Below, piece after piece: positions 28,313 through 34,973 of a stretch of 34,973 nucleotides of DNA. Under the pieces are notes generated by a model. That model had not been told where the DNA came from. It ran no database searches and saw only the letters and a program-made list of their open reading frames with translations. Positions within the stretch are counted from its first letter, which is position 1. Every line of letters starts with the position of its first letter. Made by a program: the position numbers and the translations under genes. The stretch is taken from the sequence record SRR31156797_4420. One strand, written 5' to 3'.

Positions 28313-30742
28313 ATGCTCAAATTCAATGAAATAGCACAGCTTCTGGAAGGTGAACTGGTCGGAACTTATGATGGTTCAGTAAAATATTTACTTACCGATA
28401 GTAGAAAAGTAAAATCAGTTGATGATACGGTGTTTTTTGCTATTTCAGGGGCGTTTCATGACGGTCATCAATACATTGAATCGCTTATTGAAAAAGGTGT
28501 TCGTTTTTTTGTAGTATCGAAACTGACGGATAAATTGAGGCAAAAAGCTTCTTTTATTTTGGTGAAAGATGTAATTGAAGCTTTACAAAAAGTAACTGCC
28601 TTTTGGCGACAACAATTTGATATTCCAATTATTGGAGTAACAGGGAGCAATGGAAAAACCATAATTAAGGAATGGTTAGCTCAAATGCTTGAAGGAGACA
28701 AACGTGTGACGAGAAATCCGGGTAGTTATAATTCACAAATTGGTGTGCCGCTATCAATATGGTTATTAAATAAGGATACCCAGATTGGTATATTTGAAGC
28801 TGGAATCTCTCAACCAAAAGAGATGCGCAGGTTAGAGGAGGTTATGCAACCCAATATTGGAATTTTTACAAACATTGGTGATGCACATCAAGAGAATTTT
28901 AAAACATTTGAAGAAAAACTAGAAGAAAAACTAACTCTTTTCAAGCGAAGCGAGGTGTTGATTTATAATGATCAGGGCGACTGGATTTCAGACAAAATTA
29001 AAAATACTTGTAAAGGCCAGAAGCTGTTTTCATGGTCTTTTAACCGGGAGGCAGATGTAATTGCAACGCAAAATCAGCATGCAATAGAAGTTCAATTTTT
29101 GGAAGAACGGTTTGAAATATTGTTGCCATTTCATGATAAAGCTTCTGTAGAAAATTTAATGCATAGTATCACTACTTTAATTTATTTAGGATATAATTCA
29201 TCTTATATTAAATCTGCTGTAGAGAAGATTAGACCAGTTGCTATGCGCCTGGAGCAAAAGGCTGGTAAAGAAAACAATACAATAATAAATGACTCATATA
29301 ACTCTGATTTAGGATCTTTATCAAATGCATTGGATTATTTATCGCAGCAAAATCAGCATAAGCGCAAAGTTGTTATACTATCTGATATTTTTCAAAGTGG
29401 TTTTGTAAAAGAAAACCTATACAAAGAGGTGGCAGTATTAATTCATGCTCACAAACCAGATTTATTGATAGGTGTGGGAACTGATTTATTAAAATATCAG
29501 GATTTATTTCACACGGAATCGCAGTTTTATGAGTCAACAAGGGACTTAATTTCAAATTTGAATGAAATAGATTTAAGCGATGCAACTATTTTACTAAAAG
29601 GAAGTAGGAGTTTCCAGTTTGAGCAAGTAGATAAACTATTGGAAAATAAAACGCATAGAACCGTTTTAGAAGTAAATTTAAATGCATTGACAGATAATTT
29701 AAACTACTTTAAATCACTACTAAAAAATGATGCGGGAATTATTGCTATGGTAAAGGCTTTTTCATATGGCAGTGGTTCTCATGAAATTGCTCAAGTTCTT
29801 GAATACAATCGGGTGTCATATTTGGCCGTTGCATTTGCTGATGAGGGGGTTGATTTAAGAACGCGTGGTATTCAGTTGCCCATTATGGTTATGAATCCAG
29901 CCGAAACAGATTTTCCCAGTCTTATTACATTTGATTTGGAACCTGTTATTTTTGATTTTGAGATGCTTGGCAAATTAAGTGCTTTTATGCAAAAGGCAGG
30001 TGAGCGTAAGTTTCCAGTTCATCTGAAAATCAATACTGGTATGAACAGATCTGGTTTTAATGGAGAAGACATAGCAGTTTTGATTTCAAAATTGAAAAAT
30101 ACTGATACGCTTATCATAAAAACTGCATTTACACATTTGGCTGCAGCTGATGAACCGCAGCATGATTCATTTACACACCAGCAAGTAGCAAATTACATTA
30201 GACTGGTAAGTCAATTAGAATCAGGATTAAATCATAAAGTTAAAAAGCATGTTTTGAATAGTGCAGGGACTGAGCGATTCCCGGATTATCAATTTGATTA
30301 TGTGCGCTTAGGTATTGGTTTATATGGAGTGAGCGCGACTGATAAGAAATTAGCACATGTTAGTCGATTGACTACAAGTATTGCTCAACTTAGACATGTG
30401 CAGGTTGGTGAAACTATAGGTTATGGACGTAGAGGTGAAATAAACACACCAAAAACTATTGCAACCATACCAATAGGTTATGCTGACGGATATAGGCGGG
30501 CACTGAGTAACGGTGTTGGAAAAGTATGGATTAAAGGTAATTTAGTACCTGTAATTGGAAATGTTTGTATGGACATGACCATGATTGATGTAACAGGATT
30601 AGATGTGCAAGAGGGAGATGAAGTTGTTATTTTTGGAACCGAATTACCAATTCAGCAAGTTGCAGATTGGCTAGATACCATACCTTACGAGATATTAACA
30701 AATGTAGCTGCTCGTGTAAAACGAGTTTATACTAAAGAATAA
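28313..30742 (+). CDS. alr: Bifunctional MurF-like ligase / alanine racemase
   Basis: VTGSNGKT, NSQIGVP, INDSYN, LKGSR, then AMVKAFSYG (PLP Lys), HLKINTGMNR, PIGYADG, GNVCMD, TIPYE. Confidence 0.95.
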   Translation: MLKFNEIAQLLEGELVGTYDGSVKYLLTDSRKVKSVDDTVFFAISGAFHDGHQYIESLIEKGVRFFVVSKLTDKLRQKASFILVKDVIEALQKVTAFWRQQFDIPIIGVTGSNGKTIIKEWLAQMLEGDKRVTRNPGSYNSQIGVPLSIWLLNKDTQIGIFEAGISQPKEMRRLEEVMQPNIGIFTNIGDAHQENFKTFEEKLEEKLTLFKRSEVLIYNDQGDWISDKIKNTCKGQKLFSWSFNREADVIATQNQHAIEVQFLEERFEILLPFHDKASVENLMHSITTLIYLGYNSSYIKSAVEKIRPVAMRLEQKAGKENNTIINDSYNSDLGSLSNALDYLSQQNQHKRKVVILSDIFQSGFVKENLYKEVAVLIHAHKPDLLIGVGTDLLKYQDLFHTESQFYESTRDLISNLNEIDLSDATILLKGSRSFQFEQVDKLLENKTHRTVLEVNLNALTDNLNYFKSLLKNDAGIIAMVKAFSYGSGSHEIAQVLEYNRVSYLAVAFADEGVDLRTRGIQLPIMVMNPAETDFPSLITFDLEPVIFDFEMLGKLSAFMQKAGERKFPVHLKINTGMNRSGFNGEDIAVLISKLKNTDTLIIKTAFTHLAAADEPQHDSFTHQQVANYIRLVSQLESGLNHKVKKHVLNSAGTERFPDYQFDYVRLGIGLYGVSATDKKLAHVSRLTTSIAQLRHVQVGETIGYGRRGEINTPKTIATIPIGYADGYRRALSNGVGKVWIKGNLVPVIGNVCMDMTMIDVTGLDVQEGDEVVIFGTELPIQQVADWLDTIPYEILTNVAARVKRVYTKE

Positions 30743-30746
30743 ATCG

Positions 30747-31049
30747 ATGGAAATAATTTATATTATCGGCATAACAGCAGTTGCTTTTATTTTAGGTCGA
30801 AGCATAAGAGATTTATTTAAAAAGCGGCCTGTTCGACAAAAGAAAGCTAGAAGGAGAGCAGTTACAAAATTATTTGCTGCGATTGCTTTGCTTTTGGTAA
30901 CCCTTTTAATAGTCACGGTATCGCTTATTTTAGGAGTGGCAGTATTTCATAATCAAGCAGATTGGATACAACTGGTTTTATATTTTATTATTGACGGGTT
31001 TGCTGTGTACATATTCATATTGCTTATTGACTTTTTGAAAAAGTATTGA
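30747..31049 (+). CDS. Small hypothetical membrane protein (about 3 TM)
   Basis: Hydrophobic segments separated by a basic loop; tight operon spacing. Confidence 0.7.
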   Translation: MEIIYIIGITAVAFILGRSIRDLFKKRPVRQKKARRRAVTKLFAAIALLLVTLLIVTVSLILGVAVFHNQADWIQLVLYFIIDGFAVYIFILLIDFLKKY

Positions 31050-31093
31050 ATTTTCGTACCTTTTTGCCTGTCAAACAGAGTAATCATAGGTTT

Positions 31094-31621
31094 ATGAGTC
31101 AGGATGGAAGACATATTTATGTGCAGACAGCAGCTAATGCTATTGAAAAATATGTATTTGAAGCAAAGCGACTCAAAAAAACAATCCCACTATCGGAACT
31201 TTTTCAAAAACCAAAAGGATGCTTCGTTTCTTTGCATAATGAAGATGATAGTCTTCGGGGTTGTATTGGAACCATAGAACCTCATTTTGACAATTTATTT
31301 GATGAGATAGTGCAAAATGCTATTTCTGCTGCTTCCCGGGATCCCCGGTTTTCCCCATTGAAGAAAGATGAATTTTCACAATTACATATTACGGTGGATG
31401 TACTTTCAATACCTGAAGAAACTACTGTTGATCAGTTAGATCCTAAAATATATGGATTGATTATTTCGGATGGTTTCCGTAAAGGTGTTTTATTACCTGC
31501 TCTTGAGAAAGTTGATACTATACAGAAGCAAATAGATATTGTAAAAAGAAAAGCAGGGTTATCTATGGTTAACAATGATAAGTTAAGGTTTTTCAGGTTT
31601 TCAAGTAAACGATATGAATAA
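31094..31621 (+). CDS. amrA: AmmeMemoRadiSam protein A (AMMECR1 domain); start reassigned to ATG 31094
   Basis: GCFVSL, LRGCIGT, DPRF, VDVLS, GVLLP. Confidence 0.92.
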   Translation: MSQDGRHIYVQTAANAIEKYVFEAKRLKKTIPLSELFQKPKGCFVSLHNEDDSLRGCIGTIEPHFDNLFDEIVQNAISAASRDPRFSPLKKDEFSQLHITVDVLSIPEETTVDQLDPKIYGLIISDGFRKGVLLPALEKVDTIQKQIDIVKRKAGLSMVNNDKLRFFRFSSKRYE

Positions 31622-32619
31622 TGCACGAAAGCTATTATTATTCAAAACACGATAATGACATAGTTATTTGTCAGCTTTGTCCACACCATTGCGTGCTAAA
31701 ACCAGAGCAGATTGGTGTGTGTAAAATCAGAGAAAATCGTGATGGTAAATTGTATGATTTATCCTATGGCAAAGTAAGCTCTATTGCAATGGATCCGGTT
31801 GAAAAGAAACCTTTGTATCATTATTATCCAGGTAAAGAAATATTGTCTATTGGAGGTTTAGGATGTAATTTTAGTTGCAAATTTTGTCAAAATCATCAAA
31901 TATCACAGGTTGAAAAGTCAGATTTTGAAGATGCTTCAACTTATTCGCCGGAAAAGATAGTCGAAATAGCCAAGCATAAAAGGCCTGGAGCAGGTATTGC
32001 TTTTACCTACAATGAACCGCTCATGAATTTCGATTTTGTATTGGATACTTCTAAATTGGCAAAGCAAAATAATATCCCTGTAGCTATAGTTTCTAACGGA
32101 TATATAAATCCTAAACCACTGGAAGATTTGTTACCCTATGTGGCTGCTTTTAATATTGATCTCAAAGGTTTTGCGGATTCGTTTTACAGCCATTTTACTA
32201 ATGGAAGATTGGAGCCGGTTTTGACAGCTCTTAAGATTATAGTGCAGGCTGGAAAACACCTTGAGGTAACGCACTTGTTAGTAAATGGAGCCAACGATGA
32301 TAGAGAGGAGTTTCTTGAATTACTCGATTGGTTTGTTAGAAAACTAGGAAAAGAAGTTCCTTTACATATTAGTCGATATTTTCCAAGATATAAATTCAAT
32401 AATCCTCCAACTGATGAGAGTTTGCTTAATGAATGGGTAGATTTAGCCCGCGAAAAATTAAATTTTGTTTACCCTGGAAATACATTGGCTGATTCCTCAA
32501 CATATTGTCCAATGTGTGGAAAGATTGTAATAAAAAGATCGGGTTACAATGCGCAAACGATTGCACTTTCTGACAATAAATGTTTAAATTGCGATAAAGA
32601 ATTACCTATAATCACATAA
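31621..32619 (+). CDS. amrS: AmmeMemoRadiSam radical SAM enzyme
   Basis: CQLCPHHC, DPVEKKPLYH, GCNFSCKFCQN (CxxxCxxC), FTYNEP, NIDLKG, C-terminal CPMC/CLNC. Confidence 0.93.
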   Translation: MHESYYYSKHDNDIVICQLCPHHCVLKPEQIGVCKIRENRDGKLYDLSYGKVSSIAMDPVEKKPLYHYYPGKEILSIGGLGCNFSCKFCQNHQISQVEKSDFEDASTYSPEKIVEIAKHKRPGAGIAFTYNEPLMNFDFVLDTSKLAKQNNIPVAIVSNGYINPKPLEDLLPYVAAFNIDLKGFADSFYSHFTNGRLEPVLTALKIIVQAGKHLEVTHLLVNGANDDREEFLELLDWFVRKLGKEVPLHISRYFPRYKFNNPPTDESLLNEWVDLAREKLNFVYPGNTLADSSTYCPMCGKIVIKRSGYNAQTIALSDNKCLNCDKELPIIT

Positions 32620-32620
32620 T

Positions 32621-33463
32621 ATGTCAACTAGAAAACCTATTGTAGCCGGCAGATATTATCCTTCAAACGCTGAGGAGACTAAAAAATTAATTGATTATGT
32701 GGAGAAGAAGGAAGTAAACAATCTCACTCATATAGTGGGTGCTGAATTAGATGTACTTGGTGGTGTTGTTCCTCATGCAGGAATTATGTTTTGCGGTTAT
32801 CAAGCGGTACATTTTTTTCATTATATTATTGATCGTGAGTTTGATACAGTTATTATATTGAGTCCAAGTCATACCGGTAGAGGACCTGAAGTTGCCCTTG
32901 ATGGCAATACTGAATGGGAAATCCCCGGTGCTACTTTTCAAACAGATAAAGAATTATTGGAAAGTGGTTTGTTTGAGACTTCTACTGATTCGCAGGTTGG
33001 GGAACATGCGGCAGAAGTAATGCTTCCATATTTGGATTATTTCAGGCCGGATTTAAAGCAAATAGGTGTCATTACTATTAGGAAAGTAAATCATGAAAAT
33101 ACCGAAAAGGTAGCTGAGAAAATTATTGAGTTTGAAAAAAAATCAGGCAAAAAAATATTAGTTATAGCTTCATCAGATTTTAACCACTTTCAGACAGTTG
33201 AGGAGGGTAGAGCTAAGGATGATCTCATATTGGAACCCATTAAAAATAAACAAGAAAAAGAAGTGCTTGAACGAGTTAGAAAATATGACGCTTCTGTGTG
33301 TGGTTATGGTCCTATAGTATCTTTAATGGCTTATGCACGCATGAAAAATCCTGATGCCCGTTTTGGTGTGCTGCGCAGAGGGCACTCTGGAGAAGTAATG
33401 CCATCAGATAGCGTGGTGAATTATATTTCTATGCTCTGTTCGGTGCCGCATAAGAAAGGTTAG
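32621..33463 (+). CDS. amrB: AmmeMemoRadiSam protein B (MEMO1-like)
   Basis: RKPIVAGRYYP, PHAG, PSH, EH, SSDFNH, CGYGP. Confidence 0.92.
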   Translation: MSTRKPIVAGRYYPSNAEETKKLIDYVEKKEVNNLTHIVGAELDVLGGVVPHAGIMFCGYQAVHFFHYIIDREFDTVIILSPSHTGRGPEVALDGNTEWEIPGATFQTDKELLESGLFETSTDSQVGEHAAEVMLPYLDYFRPDLKQIGVITIRKVNHENTEKVAEKIIEFEKKSGKKILVIASSDFNHFQTVEEGRAKDDLILEPIKNKQEKEVLERVRKYDASVCGYGPIVSLMAYARMKNPDARFGVLRRGHSGEVMPSDSVVNYISMLCSVPHKKG

Positions 33464-33464
33464 A

Positions 33465-33487
33465 AAGTTTCAGGTTTCAAGTTTAGT
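33465..33487 (+). repeat. Heptamer repeat tract after the amrB stop
   Basis: AAGTTTCAGGTTTCAAGTTTAGT, shared with the region downstream of fsa. Confidence 0.55.
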
Positions 33488-33541
33488 CGTTTTATGTTAG
33501 TCCTAATTGACGATTAATTAATATAATCTTATTATAAAATA

Positions 33542-33566
33542 GCACCCGGCTAAAAGCCGGGTGTTT
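33542..33566. terminator. Hairpin between convergent amrB and lipoprotein genes (probable terminator)
   Basis: CACCCGGCT-AAA-AGCCGGGTG. Confidence 0.7.
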
Positions 33567-33639
33567 GAGTTTTATCAAAAAAATCGCTGCGATGCTACAA
33601 ACTTGAATGATGAAGTGTTTCTATCAGCGATTATTACAT

Positions 33640-34149
33640 TTAATTCTTGCAATATTTCGCCTTGAAGTTACCATTTATAAAGTTATCATCATTCACATAC
33701 ACATCAATACGACCTTTTATGTAATTTTTCTCTGTAGTATCAATTTCTGTAAATTCGAATGCTCCTTCTACAGCAATTTGGTTCATAGGTCCTTTTGCCG
33801 AATCTTGATCGTATACCATGGTCAAAGTTTGAGCTTTCGTTAGATCGAAACCAACTTTAAGTTGACGCAACCCGGGATCAATATTTTTTGTTGAGAACAT
33901 TACCTTTCCGATCTCATATTTAGGGAAAGAGCATGGATATTGATCATCACGTAAATCAGAAAAGTTGAATGACCATGTAGTGATGGTATCCATTTTTGTA
34001 AAAGTTACTTTACCTATTTTTGATTCCCAGGCTTTGCCACCAATTTTACCTTGCAGGTTTTGATCTTTGAAATTGGGTTCATAATTTCCACCTATGCCAC
34101 CGCAGGATACCAATGACAATGCAGTTAAAAATAATAAAATGTTTTTCAT
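33640..34149 (-). CDS. Hypothetical lipoprotein
   Basis: MKNILLFLTALSLVSC lipobox; beta-rich composition; upstream TACCTTTG box. Confidence 0.82.
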   Translation of the reverse strand: MKNILLFLTALSLVSCGGIGGNYEPNFKDQNLQGKIGGKAWESKIGKVTFTKMDTITTWSFNFSDLRDDQYPCSFPKYEIGKVMFSTKNIDPGLRQLKVGFDLTKAQTLTMVYDQDSAKGPMNQIAVEGAFEFTEIDTTEKNYIKGRIDVYVNDDNFINGNFKAKYCKN

Positions 34150-34188
34150 AGTTAGAAAGTTTAAGTTAGTATCAGCACACTATTATTT

Positions 34189-34196
34189 CAAAGGTA
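34189..34196 (-). promoter_or_regulatory. -7 promoter box of the lipoprotein gene
   Basis: TACCTTTG on the minus strand. Confidence 0.65.
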
Positions 34197-34250
34197 TGAA
34201 ATTTCATTCTGTTTTTTAAAAGAATTTTTCATTTTTAGGTTTTGTACCTG

Positions 34251-34406
34251 GCCATTTCGATTCGCTTCAGGCTAAACCCACTGGTCACTGAGCGTAGTCG
34301 AAGTGCTCAATGGCTTCCGTACATGCTTAAAATGATAGCGCATTGCAAACGCTCCAAAGTTCGTTGAGTAGCTCTTTGGGTAGGATTTGCGCGAATCGAA
34401 ACGAAC
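34251..34406. repeat. REP-like inverted hairpin doublet, copy 1 (A1 34251-34314, B1 34359-34406)
   Basis: Stem-GAG...GAATCGA-stem motif in opposite orientations; homologous to 34760-34898. Confidence 0.85.
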
Positions 34407-34467
34407 GGTCTAATTAGTTTTGCAGAAAAAATTTAATATCTATACTTCGGAAAACAATCGAAAAGTC

Positions 34468-34752
34468 ATGAAATGCTATATGTACATCCTCAAATGTGCT
34501 AATGGACAATATTATACTGGTAGTACAAAAAACCTAGAAAGAAAAATCAACCAACACCAAAATGGAGAGGGAGCAAACTTTACAAGAAAGCATTTGCCTG
34601 TTGAGTTAGTTTATTTTGAAGAATTTGATAGAATCGATCATGCATATTACCGTGAGAAACAGGTTCAGGGATGGAGTCATCAAAAGAAAGAAGCTTTGAT
34701 CAATGGAAAGTTTTCGGAGGTTTGCAAGTTAGCAAAGAAGCGGTTTAAATAA
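34468..34752 (+). CDS. Small stand-alone GIY-YIG nuclease family protein (start reassigned to ATG 34468)
   Basis: YMYIL...YYTGST..L....H..G.GA.FT...P..LVY.E.F...A..RE.Q..GWS..KKEALI. Confidence 0.9.
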   Translation: MKCYMYILKCANGQYYTGSTKNLERKINQHQNGEGANFTRKHLPVELVYFEEFDRIDHAYYREKQVQGWSHQKKEALINGKFSEVCKLAKKRFK

Positions 34753-34759
34753 TTATCCG

Positions 34760-34973
34760 GCCATTTCGATTCCCACTTGCCATACACACATGCCACTCAA
34801 TGGCCTTCGTAGTTACTATTTTTTGAAATTCTAATTTGAAAACGCTCCAAAGTTCTCTGAGTAGCTCTTTGGGATGGTATGTGCGAATCGAAGAGAACGG
34901 CCATTTCGATTCTCTTCTGCCCAAGCGCACTTGCCAATTAATAGCCTGCGTAGTTCCGTTATTTAAACTTTAA
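34760..34973. repeat. REP-like doublet copy 2 (A2 34760-34804, B2 34852-34898) plus degenerate A3 (34900-34945); 140-bp period, may continue past the window
   Basis: GCCATTTCGATTC starts at 34251, 34760 and 34900; AAACGCTCCAAAGTTC and GAGTAGCTCTTTGGG are shared between copies. Confidence 0.85.

Noticed and set aside
28313-30742. MurF-Alr fusion as a novelty
   Set aside because: This fusion is well known in Bacteroidota.
33582-33632. 8-bp inverted repeat AATCGCTG/CAGCGATT with a 35-nt loop
   Set aside because: Could be a weak minus-strand terminator, but the stem is short and the loop large; insufficient support.
34745-34930. 61-aa minus-strand ORF
   Set aside because: It lies almost entirely within the repeat array; a chance open frame.
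34251-34973. Interpretation of the repeats as a CRISPR array or tRNA genes
   Set aside because: Units alternate in orientation, the intervening sequences are homologous rather than unique, no cas genes are present, and there is no cloverleaf.

Overview
AT-rich Bacteroidota chromosome segment. The assignment rests on many TAnnTTTG -7 promoter boxes, no evident Shine-Dalgarno motifs and a MurF-Alr fusion; I cannot name the genus. Coding content is mostly housekeeping: HU, eukaryote-type citrate synthase, mitochondrial-type aconitase, rpsO-pnp, comEC, trkAH, rsmI, tdk, murF-alr, a transaldolase/Fsa and the amrA-amrS-amrB cluster. The most interesting signals are non-coding or catalytic oddities. 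(1) A LytS-type sensor/LytTR regulator pair is followed by a LytTR direct repeat, a perfect promoter and a structured, terminated ~125-nt non-coding transcript (22165-22365); the sensor's ATP-binding box is degenerate. (2) A small GIY-YIG nuclease gene is flanked by REP/REPIN-like inverted hairpin doublets that show compensatory base changes (34251-34973). (3) Two tandem LeuC-LeuD/homoaconitase-type fusions, one lacking the catalytic His. (4) An orphan terminator marks a candidate anti-start-codon sRNA (10524-10608). (5) A ~128-bp ERIC-like MITE (12664-12791). No rRNA, tRNA or CRISPR array was seen. All calls were made by eye, without database searches.
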